Both the position numbers and the translations under genes were made by a program. Shown piece by piece: positions 1-12,960 of a stretch of DNA of 64,000 nucleotides. The notes beneath the pieces are model-generated. The model was not told the origin of the DNA. It searched no databases and was given only the letters and a program-made list of their open reading frames with translations. Source of the stretch: Squalus acanthias (taxonomy: Eukaryota); assembly GCA_030390025.1 (NCBI GenBank), contig JASTWF010000034.1:2976001-3040000 (forward strand), in the 5' to 3' direction. Every line of letters begins with the position of its first letter. The first letter of the stretch is position 1.

Positions 1-3000
1 CTCATCTCAGTTTTGAAAGAGCAGCCTCTTATTCGAAGATTATGCCCCCTAGTTCTAGTTTCACCCATCCTTGGGAACATCCTTACCGCATCCACCCGGT
101 CGAGCCCCTTCACAATCTTATGTGTTTCAATAAGATCGCCTCTCATTCTTCTGAACTCCAATGAGTAGAGTCCCAATCTACTCAACCTCTCCTCATATGT
201 CTACCCCCTCATCCCCGGGAATAACCGAGTGAACCTTCTTTGTACTGCCTCGAGAGCAAGTATGTCTTTTCTTAAGTATGGACACGAAAACTGTATGCAG
301 TATTCCAGGTGCGGTCTCACCAATACCTTATATAACTGCAGCAATACCTCCCTGTTTTTATAATCTATCCCCCTAGCAATAAAAGCGAACATTCCGTTGG
401 CCTTCTTGATCACCTGCTGCACCTGCATACTAACTTTTTGATTTTCTTGCACCAAGACCCCCAGATCCCTTTGTACTGCAGTACTTTCCAGTTTCTCGCC
501 ATTAAGATAATAACTTGCTCTCTGATTTTTCCTGCCAAAGTGCATAACCTCACATTTTCCAATATTGTTTTGCATCTGCCAAATCTCCGCCCACTCACCC
601 AGCCTGTCTATATCCTCTTCTAGGTTTTTTATGTCCTCCTCACTTTCTACTTTCCCTCCCATCTTTGTATCATCTGCAAACTTTGATATGTTACACTCCG
701 TCCCCTCCTCCAAATCGTTAATATAGTTTGTAAATAGTTGGGGACCCAGCACCGACCCCTGCGGAACACCACTGGCTACTGGTTGCCAGTCCGAGAATGA
801 ACCATTTATCCCAACTCTCTGCTTGCTGTTAGATAACCAATCCTCCACCCATGCCAGAATATTACCCCAATCCAGTGATTTTTTATCTTGAGCAATAATC
901 TTTTATGTGGCACCTTGTCGAATGCCTTCTGGAAGTCTAAATACACTACGTCCACTGGTTCCCCTTTATCCACCCTGTACGTTATGTCCTCAAATAACTC
1001 AAGCAAATTTGTCAGACATGACTTCCCCTTCATAAAGCCATGCTGACTTTGTCCTATTAAATTATGTTTATCTAAATGTTCCGTTACTGTCTCCTTAATA
1101 ATAGACTCCAAAATTTTACCCCCCGCATATGTTAGGCTAACTGATCTATAATTTCCAGCCTTCTGCCTACGACCCTTTTTAAATCAGGGTGTTACAATAG
1201 CAGTTTTCCAATCTGCCGGGACCTTTGCTGAGTCCAGGGAATTTTGGAAAATTATTACCAAAGCATCCACAATCCCTACTGCCACTTCCCTCAAGACCCT
1301 AGGATGTAAGCCATCAGGTCCCGGGGATTTATCCGCCTTCAGTCCCATTATTTTACTGAGTACTAATTTCTTAGTGATTTTAATCGTATTTAGCTCCTCC
1401 CCCACGAGAGCCCCCTGTTTGTCCAGTGCTGGGATATTCTTAGTGTCCTCTACCGTAAAGATTGAAACAAAATATTTGTTCAGAATTTTTGCCATCTCCA
1501 TGTTCCCACCATTAATTTCCTGGTCCCATCCTCTAAGGGACCTACGTTTTCCTTAACACCCTTTTTCTTTTTATATAACTAGAGAAACTCTTGCTATCGG
1601 TTTTTATATTTTTTGCTAATTTAGTTCATAATCTATCTTCCCTTTCTTAATCAATCCTTTAGTTACTTTTTGCTGTTTTTTGAAGACTTCCCAATCTTCT
1701 ATCCTCCCACTAAGTTTGGCAACCTTACACGTCTTTGTTTTTATTCGGATACTATCCTTAATTTTTTTACTTAGCCACGGATGGCTGGCATTTCTTCTAC
1801 ACCCTTTTTTCCTCAGTGGAATATTTTTTTTTGAAAGTTGTAAAATAACTCCTTGAATGAATACCACTGCTCATGTACCGTCTTACCCTTTAATCTATTT
1901 TACCAGTCCTCTTTAATCAATTCCGCTCTCATACCATCATAGTCTCCTTTATTCAAGCTCAGTACGCTTGTTTGAGAACCAACCTTCTCACCCTCTAATT
2001 GGATATGGAATTCAACCATGTTATGGTCACTCATTCCAAGGGGATCCTTAACGAGGACATTATTAATTAATCCTGACTCATTACACAGGACCAGGTGCAA
2101 GGTTTTTGCCCCCATGTAGGATCAGTTAAGTACTGCTCAAGAAATCCATCCCCAATACACTCAATAATCTCTTCTTCAATGCTGCCCTGCCCAATTTGAT
2201 TTGTCCAGTTAATATGATAGTTAAAATCACCCATAATTATAGCTGTTCCCTTATTACATGCCCCAACTATTTCCCATTTACTACTTCTTCCAGTAGAGTT
2301 GCAACTGTTAGGAGGCCTATATACTACTCCCACTAGTGTGTTTTTCCCCTTATTATTCCTTATCTCCACCCAAACTGTTTCATTATCCTGATCCTTTGAC
2401 CCAATATCATTTCTCTGTTTTACAGTGATTCCTTCCTTTATTAACATAGCCACCCCACCTCCCCTTCCTTCCTGCCTGTCCTTCCTGATTGTTAAATACC
2501 CTGGCATATTTAATTCCCAGTCGTTGTCACCCTGCAGCCATGTTTCTGTAATGGCCACAAGATCATACCCATACGTAGTTATTTGTGTCGTTAACTCGTC
2601 CATTTTGTTATGAATGCTACGTGCATTCAGATAAAGAACTTTCAAATATGTTTTGTGACACTTAGTTCCTGCTTTTTCCTTTTTTAACACTTTACCTTTT
2701 ACTCCATACCTTCTGTCCCTTCCTGACACGCTGTCCTCTGTCTCCCTGCTCAGGTGCCCAACCCCCTGCCACTTTAGTTTAAACCCTCCCCAACAGCAGT
2801 AGCAAACTCTTCCCCTAGGACAGCGGTCCCGGCCCTACCCAGGTGGAGACCGTCCGGTTTGTACTGGTCCCACCTCCCCCAGAACCGGTTCCCATGTCCC
2901 AGGAATTTGAATCCCTCCCCCTTGCACCATTCCACTAGCCACGTATTCATTTGAAATATCCTCCTATTTCTACTCTGACTAGCAAGAGACACTGGTAGCA

Positions 3001-3531
3001 ATCCTGAGATTACTACCTTTGAGGTCCTATTTTTTAATTTACCTCCTAACTCCCTATATTCTGCGTTTAGGACCTCATCCTCTTTTTTTACCTATATCGT
3101 TGGTGCCGATGTGCACCACGACAGCTGCCCGTTCGCCCTCCCCCGCCAAAATGTTCTGTAGCCACTCCGAGACGTCATTGACCCTTGCACCAGGGAGCCA
3201 ACACACCATCCTGGAGTCTCGGTTGCGGCCGCAGAAACGCCTGTCTATTCCTGTTACAATTGAGTCCCCTATCACTATAGATCTTCCACTCTTTTTCCTC
3301 CCAGCCCCTGCAGCAGAGCCACCCATGGTGCTAGGAAGTTGGCTGCTGCTGCCTTCCCCTGATAAGTCATCCCCCCCAACAGTATTCAAAGTGGTATATC
3401 TGTTTGAGATGGGGATGTCCACAGGGGACCCCTGCATTGCCTGCCGGCACCTCTTACTCTGCCTGATGGTCACCCATTTACTTCCTGCCTGTGCATCCTT
3501 TGCCTGCGGTGTGACCAACTCTCTAAACGTA
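1..3531 (-). mobile_element. CR1-clade (HER1-like) LINE, degenerate; 5'-truncated inside ORF1 and running off the window at the 3' end
   Basis: Collinear frameshifted ORFs: ORF1 esterase/SGNH-like (IVIGDSIV, HIGTNDIG; 3518-2774), AP endonuclease (YLNARSI, ITETWL, IIMGDFN; 2729-1900), RT ([45 protein letters not shown]; 1111-201). Confidence 0.95.
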
Positions 3532-4660
3532 CAGGGGTGGTGTCACGGGTATAGTATTAAGCGGAAGTGTCACAGAGTTATAATGTACAGGGGGATGTCA
3601 CAGGGGTATAGTATACAGGGGTGTGTCACGGGTATTGTATACATGGGATGTCATGGGTATAGTATACAGTGGAGTGTCAGGGGTATAGTATAAAAGGGTT
3701 GTCACGGGTATAGTATAAAGGGGTGTGTCATGGGTATTGTATACAGGGGTTGTCACGGGGGTATAGTATACAGCTGTGTGTCACGGGTATTGTATACAGG
3801 GGGTGTAACAAGTATAGTATACAGGGGTGGTGTCACGGGGGTTGTTACAGGGGAATAGTAAAAAGGGGGAGTGTCACAGGGTTCTCGTGTACAGGGGATG
3901 TCACGGGATGTAGTTTACAGTGTGGTGTCACAGTGGTGTTGTATACAGGGGAGTGTCACAGGGGTATAATATATGTGGGTGATGTCACAGCGCTATAGTA
4001 CACTGGGGTGTGTGACATGGGTATATTATACAGGGGGTGTCACGGGTATAGTACACAGGGGTTGTGTCACAGAGGTATAGTATACAGGGGAGTGTCACAG
4101 GGGTATTGTATACAGGGGAGTGTCAGGGGTTTAGTGTACAGGGGTTGTCATGGGTATAGTATACAGGGGAGTGTCACAGGGATATAGTATACAGGGGTTG
4201 TCACAGGGGTATAGTATACGGGGTTGTCACGGGTATAGAGTACAGGGGGTGTCACGGGTATAGTATATAGGGGGTGTCACGGGTATAGTATACGGGGGGT
4301 GTCACGTAGTATACTGTACAGGGGGTGTCACGGGTATAGTATACAGAGGTGGTGTCGCAGGGTTATAGTATACAGGGTGGTGTCACGGGGTATACTGTAC
4401 AGGGGGTGTCACAGGGATATAGTATACAGGGGGGTGTCACCGGTATAGTGTATAGGGGGTGTCACAGGGGTAGAGTATGCAGGGGGAATCATAGGGTTAT
4501 AGTATACGGGGCGTGTCACAGGGGTCTAGTGTCCAGGGGTTTTCACGGGTATAGCATACAGGGGGGTGTCACTGGGTATAGTGTACAGGGGGTGTCACAG
4601 GGTTATAGTATACAGGGGGTGTCACGCGTATAGTATTCAGGGCGTTGTAGACGGGGATAT
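3532..4660. repeat. Degenerate tandem minisatellite, unit ~25-27 bp (GGGTATAGTATACAGGGGGTGTCAC)
   Basis: Directly visible periodic GTATAGTATACAGGG/GTGTCAC motifs; the ORFs here are repeat translations. Confidence 0.9.
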
Positions 4661-4844
4661 TTTACAGGGGTGATGGAGATAAACGGGGGCAGTTTGGACA
4701 GCGGAGGGGATGAATTAACAGGGGGGATAAAAACGGGAATTTCACGGGGAGCGGGGAGTTAAAGATGCCGATGGGGGGAGAAACGGCAGAGCGGGTGACA
4801 GTCGGGGAATTTAAAAGCCGCTGGTGCTGTGGGTAACACTCACA

Positions 4845-5600
4845 GGCAGATACAATACGGGTTAGAAAAAGTGTACAGCTCCCTCTACACTGTCCCATCA
4901 AACACTCCCAGAGCAGATACAGCACGGGTTAGATGCAGAGTTTAACTCTCTCTATACTGTCCCATCAAACACTCCCAGGGCAGGTACAGCACGGATTAGA
5001 TACAGAGTAAAGCTCCCTCTACACTCTCCCATCAAACACTCCCAGGCCAGGTGCAGGGCTTCGATTATTTAATGGCCATCAATATAAGACAGTAAATAAT
5101 AAATCCAACAAAGAATTCAGGAGAAACATCTTTACCCAGCGAGTGGTGAGAATGTGGAACTCTCTGCCACATGGAGTAGTTGAGGCGAATAACATCAATG
5201 CATTTTATGGGAAGCTGAATAAGTACATGAGAGAGAAAGGAATAGAAGGATGTGTGATGAAGTAGGGTGGGAGGAGGCTCGTGTGGAGCAGAACCACCGG
5301 CATGGACCTGTTGGGCCGAATGGCCTGTTTCTGTGCTGTAAATACTATGTAATGTAATAGATTAAAGTTCCTTCTACACTGCCCCATCAGATACTCCAAG
5401 AGCAGGTACAGCATGGGTCAGATACAGGTTAACTCTACTTCTACACTGCCTCATCAAACATTTCCACAGCAGGTGCAGCACCTGTTAGGTATTGGGTAAA
5501 TCTCCCTCTGCACTGTGCCATCAAATTCTCCCAAGGCAAGTATAGCATGAGTAAAGCTCCCGCTACCCAATCCCACCAAATACACCCAGGGCTGGTACAA
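4845..5600. repeat. ~67-bp tandem repeat (ACAGCACGGGTTAGATACAGAGTAAAGCTCCCTCTACACTGTCCCATCAAACACTCCCAGGGCAGGT) interrupted by a CR1 3' tail
   Basis: About 3 units at 4845-5055 and about 3-4 at 5360-5600; a relic also occurs near 11420-11630. Confidence 0.8.
5095..5358 (+). mobile_element. CR1 LINE 3' terminal fragment
   Basis: Encodes an ..FTQRVVRMWNSLP.. ORF2 end, then GGGCCGAATGGCC in the 3' UTR and a short repeated tail. Confidence 0.8.
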
Positions 5601-5767
5601 CACAGACCTTCCCTTTTTTTCTTTCCTCCCATCCCCCCTTTCACTGCCTCTATACATGCTTAAAATCTGTTACATCTGTAACATTTTTCAGTTCTGATGA
5701 AAGGTCATCGAGCTGAAACATTGACTCAGTTTCTCTCTCCACAGATGCTGCCTGACCTGCTGAACAA

Positions 5768-6995
5768 TGTTACCTGGACGGTTCTTGGCCGCGCGGCGAT
5801 CTGTAAGATCCTGCACACTTAAATTCACATGCCGCACAGTGAGCTGGAGCGGACGGAGGGGCCCAATACCCAAAGTATAAGGGTTTTTTTGTCTCGGGCT
5901 TATTTGTAGGTCAGCCAGTTATCTTTTCCTGGACTGTACTGCCCGCTGTGCGGTTACAAATCGCTATCCCCTTATTAGTTCTGAGCCCAGGACTTATCGA
6001 GCGGCGATAAGGCCAAATGAACAGACCCGTGGATTGGTGCGAAGAAAACCAATGTTTATTTACAGAAGTAAAACTACAGAGAAACAGTATCATATGAAGA
6101 CGTTTTACACTTAACATGGGAGGGGAACGGACACATCGAGGGAAATCCTAAAATTACAATTTTAGCAATATCCCCATTAATTCCCACCCTTATGCCTAAC
6201 TAAAATTGTCTTGCGACAGACAGAAGAAGATAAATGCTCACCGGTGAAATGGATGGAAAAAGCCTGGCCCTGTGCTCTGTTTCTGCAGTCGACATGTGGC
6301 TGCGAAGTTTCTGGTCGTCTTCTTTCTGGGCTGCTGGCCGGCAGACAAAGCGAACCGGGGTCCAGGCAGAGAGTGAGAGAGAATGGCTGGGTCTTCCCAG
6401 TTATACCCCTCCCGGTCGCCCTAATCTCCCTTCAGATCAGCTCATTTCTATTGTCTGATCTGGGCATGATGAATTTAAACAAAAGGTACTGGTCTCGGCC
6501 CATCATGTTAGATGGCCGGTGATTGTATAATTCCAGTTCTTCAACTGCTCCCCTATTGTTCGACAGGTTCGATGATTGTCCAGAACAGTTTCGTTGATGG
6601 GGGGCCAGCCCCGTCTCAATGTCCCCGCTGATTATTTGAGCAAACACCTTGAAAGCCTTATGCATAGACCTGATTGTAATGCATAAGGGAAGGTCCCGTC
6701 TGGTTTCGTGAACTTCCTGTTGCAGACATCGGAATACACAAGCTGATAGCTTCCCAGCGTCTGAAAACCTCTGGGTCACAAGGTATTTTAAAACTCAGTC
6801 TGACCAGGGTTCCTTATTAATAAGTCCAACAAAAAATCTTTGCGGGGGGAACACATGAAATTTTGTGAATCCTTTCAGTCCCCCCTGTGGAGAGTTGAAC
6901 TTGCTTGAAGTGTCCATACGAGGTGAACAAAATTTCTGACTGTCGCAAACAACCTTACCCTTTATTTACCTATCCCAATTCCCCCGACACGTACA
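5768..6995 (-). mobile_element. 3' LTR of an env-bearing retroviral remnant
   Basis: On the minus strand the purine tract AAGTGGGGGAA (7006-6996) is immediately followed by TGTAC; TATAA box near 6401-6405; AATAAA at 6060-6055; ends ...GGTAACA at 5768. Confidence 0.7.
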
Positions 6996-7181
6996 TTCCC
7001 CCACTTGGAGAATAACCGCAGTGTACAGCAGGCATTTTAGATAGGAAACAAATCCTTTTCCAGAAATCCCAGCACGGAGGGGGTCCAACATACCCCTGCA
7101 CCACTGGGGATAAAACTGTTCTTTTTTAATCAAACAAAAAACAACAAACGGAGGGGACCATCATTATTAAAAATAAAAAAA

Positions 7182-9412
7182 TTAGGCCGCCATCACTCGT
7201 AAGTGGTGCGACACGGAATTCACGCGAGTGTCTCGTCTACCCGAGCATACTGGTCCCTCCAGACCCTTTCGGTTCTTGCTACTGCCTCGGGACCCTTTTT
7301 CCTACACTGGACGCAAACCAGGTAGAGGACGTCCCGAGCTGACAAATTACACGCACGTGTGATGCCAGACGAATCCAGGAAGGGACCTCGATATTCTCAA
7401 AGATGTCCCACCAGGGTGGGGTCGTAATATGCAGAATATCGGCCCCTATCTGGATAGTCTTCTGCTCCAGTGTATAAAATGCTTTTGCGACACTACTACG
7501 GCCCTTAATAGTTTAATGAGGTGTTCTGGGAGAGGGGGAATCTGTTAGCCGAAGTCAGCCACTTACTTTTGGAGGTTGGTGAAATTCTCTCTTACAGTTA
7601 GGTGAACCGTGGATGGTTCAGGTATGGGGATAATTCGTTCCTGGGCCATGGCTTCCATGGTATAATTTATAGGTTTCGCGTCAGCAGCTCTGGACCCGCA
7701 TTGTGGTTTCGAATAGGCATTCAAGTGTTGGGGACACAGGATGATGTGTGCTCCCCGGCTACGGCACCCCGAGAGGTCAGTACCCGTCATAGCGTGATCC
7801 CACTTTATGATGTAGGGCGGGACCGCTGTAAAACGAACGTGTGCACCCCCCTGAATGACACCAATGTTCTCCACCCTGTATACCGGCGCGGCTCGGGCCG
7901 TCCCGCCCATGACAGGCATCCTTACTATTATCCCCATGATAGTGTGGTTGGAACGTCCACAGTCCACTGGGACTGGGTAGGTCTCGGAAGCTAGTCGGAG
8001 CTGGCATGGGCTTAATGCATTCTCAAAAGGGTGGAGGGCTGCGAGGTGCTTGTTGCTGATCCAGGAGGGGACCAAACCCTGTTTTAAGTCCTCCAGATTT
8101 CTGCGGCCCTCGCCCAGCAGCCATGCCCCGTACAGTACGCACACCTCGTTTTGCGCAGCCTGGTCAGACGTATTCTGATCCTCCCTAATGAGCGCATTCA
8201 CCGTCTTTGCATGTATCTCCAGCTCCGCTATGATCTCCTTTAGATGGAAAGTCATGGCCTGGTCTTCATGCAGTTCCAAACCCACTATCTTGTTCTCATC
8301 AGTTGAGACCTTATTTAATTGGGTCTTCAGACCATTGATCTGCGTCTGCACTTCAATGTCGTCTAAACTATTAATAACAGAAGACCCCGCATTAAAACCC
8401 GTTAAATCATCATTAACAATACCCCTTCTCTGTCTCCCCACCCCGTCCCAACCCTCGTGGCTATGTTTATACAATTTGGTCTTATCGATCTCCGCAAAAT
8501 CGAACTCGTACAACTTTTGAAATGTTTCCCTTAAGAGGGCTTGATAAAATTTAGCGGTCTCTGCAGGGCACCACGCGGGCAAGTGCACCTCAGTGAGATT
8601 TAAGATCACCGAGGCCACCGCGTAATGCACCCCTTGATAGAGCACCTGGTCTGTGGGTACCAGCACCACGCCGTTCCCTGGTCCCTTGGTGGTGGCGGGG
8701 CATCCCTCTGCTACAGTCCGTGACATCGGGGTCGTGGACATGGGCTGTCGGGGACGGGTCACTAATTCAGTGGCATTAACCGAGATTGGGGAGTATGGGA
8801 TCATGCATGCATCCAGGCGCGACCCCCAGTCCATCCCCCTCCCATTATCCTGCCACTGGCTGTGGAAAATGATGGAAACGCCCATGGGGCAGACTCTCTC
8901 TGAACCCCACATACAGACATAGATCCCCTGATCCGGTTCCCACCATTTGTCCCAGCACACACTTAACCCTCCCTGGGTCCCCGTGATGGTCCTGTGGGTG
9001 TCGTTCCCTAACCTTTCCCATTCTACCCTGGGGTTCCCCATGTCTTTGCTTAATTTTCTGAGCCACCACCTTCTATCCAGGAGAACGTTGCTCTTACATG
9101 ACAAACAAATCATTTTGCCCACGGTGACGCTGATCCTTGGGGTGACGATCCATATCCTCGGGCACTGGAGGGAGGCCTCCCCATATGTAAAACCGGTCTG
9201 GCTCGAGTACTGGGTCGAGTTTGATCCCAGCCATCCAGGCCAGCTCCCCTCGTGAGTATGCTAGGCAATTTCATCCGCCTCGCGTAGGCCACTTCCATCG
9301 TGGGCTAGGGGCGCCGTCCTTCCGGAGCATCCGAAGATGCGGTGGTCCTCGGTTTCGCCCCTTCTCGCGAGGCTCAGCCCAGACAGGGGAACAAGATCAG
9401 GCCTCCGAACAT
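7182..9412 (-). pseudogene. env: Retroviral env (class I fusion glycoprotein, foamy/lokiretrovirus-like), disrupted at both ends; 519-aa open core at 9122-7563
   Basis: ATG at 9412 with a hydrophobic leader (MFGGLIL.., frameshifted); stop at 9263-9261; furin site RQRR followed by GIVNDDLTGFNAGSSVINSL and a heptad-like helix; VYRVENIG..HVRF..PY..DLSGC..IILC..QCG block; past the stop at 7563 the reading continues with frameshifts as IPPLPEHLIKLL..PSWIRLASHV..VLYLVCVQCRKK (TM and tail) to TAA at 7182. Confidence 0.8.
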
Positions 9413-9428
9413 TTCCCCTTTTAGTTGC

Positions 9429-9452
9429 CTGAAAAAAAAAATAAAGAAAATT
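9429..9452 (-). promoter_or_regulatory. Putative env splice acceptor
   Basis: Minus strand TTTTCTTTATTTTTTTTTTCAG|GCAACT, with the exon starting 16 nt upstream of the env ATG at 9412. Confidence 0.65.
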
Positions 9453-10115
9453 TAGCCAGTCTCCCTATAGGCTCCTTGGCTGGGGTAAAGTGTGAGCGAG
9501 GCCCTGGACCTCAGCTCACATGGACAAACACGCATAAACTGGAACGGTTCAATCTTAAAACAGCTATACGGTTCTGCACCTTAAAATCAAACTCAACAAT
9601 CTAACTTAAAGTACAAACTACTCAGACCAAGTTCTGTACATTTGCCGCCCGTCTTAGCGGCTAGCTTAAACTCTGTTAGGACTGCGGCAGGCTGCTCCCT
9701 GCAGCGTGGCAGTACGGACCCTTGCTTCTGGTCCCACACAGCCTGCGACTGTTGGCTGGGGACCTTTGTCTTTTAACTTAACTGTAGCTCGGGAGGTCGC
9801 CCCTTTAAACTGGAGAGTCGGCGACCATGTCTTCCTAGGTTGGGGTGTCCGAGGGGACCTCCTAGGAAGTGCTATAGGTGTGACTGCCCTGGCGAGTGGA
9901 CCTTTGCCGTGGGTCGCAGTCCTCGCTGGCTGGGGGCTTTTCCCCCGTGGCTCCTCCCCTCCAAGTCTGAGCTGGGGACAGACAATCCCTCGCTGCCTGC
10001 TGCTGTTGGCTGAGAGTCCTCGCCTCCAGAACCTTCAAAATCTGGGTCGGGGCTGGGCTATCTGGTTCAGGCCCCTCCTCCTCCCCACCTGAGTCCCAGA
10101 AGATTGATTCTTACC

Positions 10116-11389
10116 TGTATGTACCTAAAACACCACTTTGAAAAGGGGAATGTATGTTTGGGTTTTTAGTTTAGGTAAAACAGGGGAAGGTTGGTTTTCG
10201 AGGATCGGAAATTTTGCTCACCTGTTAATGATACTAATTCATTGTAGTATCAAAGTGGGGGATGTAGGCTTCGCAAAATCACCCAGAAACTCGAACAGAG
10301 CCCTAAAGGGAGTGATTTTTGGACTTTTCATACAAACTTGGGATGATGGGACTTAAGTGAAGTGATTTGATGTAAAAACCTAAAGATCACAAGAAGAAAA
10401 CCCTGAGGAAAATGACTTTTCGAATCTTATTGTTGGGAGAGACATTTTTTTCACAGACACAAGCTGCGAGGGGCGTGGCTGGTCAGTGAACAGATCAAGC
10501 TGTCTCGGAATTGTTTGAGACAATAGCAAAACTCACAAACACACTCAAATATGGATCCCCAGGGCCAAACAAGATGCTGGAAATCTACAAACGATTCAAT
10601 GACAATATAACTTCGATCACACAGTTTCATAGCCATTATCCCATCAAAAAAACAATCAACCAGGTATCCAGAGAACAGATTTAAAAGCCCGCCAACAGAA
10701 GGACAATAGGGTGAAGATTTGGCGCGTAGATAAGGCTGTGTTTTTAAATCGGAAAACGATTAACACTAAGCAAAAATCATCGAAACTGGCCAGCCCGCCA
10801 AAAACTAAATAATTGGACGAAGCAAGGGCCATTTACATTCAAAAAGGAATTCGGTTTAGTAAGGGGTTTTTAGGCACGAAAAAGAAACAGTATAATTTGA
10901 AAGCCTGTGCCATATTCTCTCTCTTTTTGGACTGACTGACGACGCGAACACAGCTCTCTCCCTGCTGCAGCAAAACTTACCACAAGCCGCGAGGAAGGAG
11001 GCCAGAATACCAGCACGCAAGAAGAAACCAAAGCGACTATCCTGTCAACGGTTCGTTGGTGAGCATTATCCCTGATCTTCTGAAACCAAAAACCTAGCCA
11101 GATATTGGGATCTTTGGGAGCGATAAGGTTTTGTTTGATATATTGTCATTTCCCTCGCTTGTACCATGTGTTCCCCGAATCTGTGTTTAAGTAATAAGTG
11201 TGTTTCAAGTTTGTTACTTTTTTTTTCTTTTAATAAAGTACATTTCTTTCATCAGAACCTGTTTACTGCAATTTTGTTCACAACCCCTAAATAAGCCCAA
11301 AGTCTAGGGACGGGAGGGGTGTTGGAGTGATTCGAACTGCTCACTGTGTCAGAAAGCGAAGGCTGACCCCACTTAAGATACTCCTTACA
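10116..11389 (+). mobile_element. LTR-like element (solo LTR) with non-matching flanks
   Basis: TGTATG...CCTTACA termini; TATAAT near 10891; AATAAA near 11232; right flank is a CR1 3' tail (TGGCCTACACCTACTCCTATTTC); left boundary uncertain. Confidence 0.5.
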
Positions 11390-12960
11390 TGGCCTACACC
11401 TACTCCTATTTCTAATGTTCTTAAAGCTCCCTCAAACATTTCCAGACAGGCGCACAAAAGCAAAATACTGTGGATGCTGGAAATCTGAAGTAAAAACAGA
11501 AAATGCTGGAAATACTCAGCAGGTCAGCAGCATCTGAGGAGAAAGAAACAGAGTTAAAGTTTCAGGTCGATGACCTTTCATTGGAACAGGCAGATACACA
11601 TGGATTAGATACAGAGCAATGCTCCACTCACCTCACTGTAACACTCTGATATACCCAACACCATTCACTTTAACACTCTGATATACCCCACAACACTTAC
11701 TGTAACACACTTGTATAGCTCACTACACTCTGATAAACCCACATCGCTCACTGCAACACTCAGATACACCCCACTCTCTTTCATACACCAAACCTCTCGC
11801 TGTAACACACTGACATACCCCACAACCCTCATTGTAATATTGAGATACTGAACACCCCTCACTGTAACACTGATATACCCCCCATCAATCACTATAATAA
11901 TCTGATATAACGCACAACCCCTCACTGTAACACACTGATATAAACAACACTCCTCACTATAACACTGATATAGCCCACACTCCTGACTGTAACACTCTCT
12001 TACATACCCCAAACATCTCACTGTAACACACCGTTACACCCCATGCCCCTCACTGTAACACTTTGTGATATACTCCATACACCTCGCTGTAACACTCTGA
12101 TATGCCCGACACCCCTCAATGTAACACACTGATATAACCCCAAACCCCTGACTGTAATACTCTGTTATATACCACACCCCTCACTGTAACACTCTGATAA
12201 TCCCAACACCGGTCATTGTATTACTCTGATGTACCCCACTCCCGTAACTGTAGCACTCGGATGCTAACCCAATCTCCTGATTACAGCACTCTGATATACC
12301 CCACACATGCCTTCATGTAACACACCGGTATACCCCACACCCCTTATGGTAACACTCTGTTGTACGCCGCTCCCCTTCATTTAACACTGATATACCTCAC
12401 ACACCTCACTGTAACACTCTGGTATACCCCTAATTGAATCATCTCTTACATATTTCAAACATCTCACTGTATCAGACCGATATACCCCACTCACCGTCTT
12501 TCAACACTGTGATACACCCCACACCATTCACTTAAATTCTCTTACTTATCCCAAACCTCTCACTGTAACAGACAGATATACCCCACTCACATCACTTTAA
12601 CACTTTGATATACCCCACACCCCTCGCTGTAACACTTTGATATACCCAACAAACATCAATGTAACACTCCGATATACCCCACACCCCTCGCTGTAACACT
12701 TTGATATACCCCACACCCCTCACTGTAATACTCTGTTATACCCAACACCCCTCGCTGTAAAACTGTGATTTACCCGACACCTCTCACTGTAATACTAATA
12801 TACACCACACTCTTCACTGTAACACACTGATATACCCCACCAGACTCACTTTAACTATCTGATATATCCCACACCCCTCACTGTAACACTGTCATATACC
12901 CCACATGTCTCACTGTACCTCTCTGATTTAACCCATACACCTCACTGCAACACGCTGATA

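Noticed and set aside
5835..5892. CACAGTG plus GGTTTTTTTGT as a V(D)J recombination signal
   Set aside because: The nonamer-like sequence has the wrong orientation and spacing, and no V/D/J segments are nearby
9450..10115. Retroviral accessory gene upstream of env
   Set aside because: Low-complexity Pro/Ser/Arg frames with stops and no clear start; more simply an integrase C-terminal tail remnant
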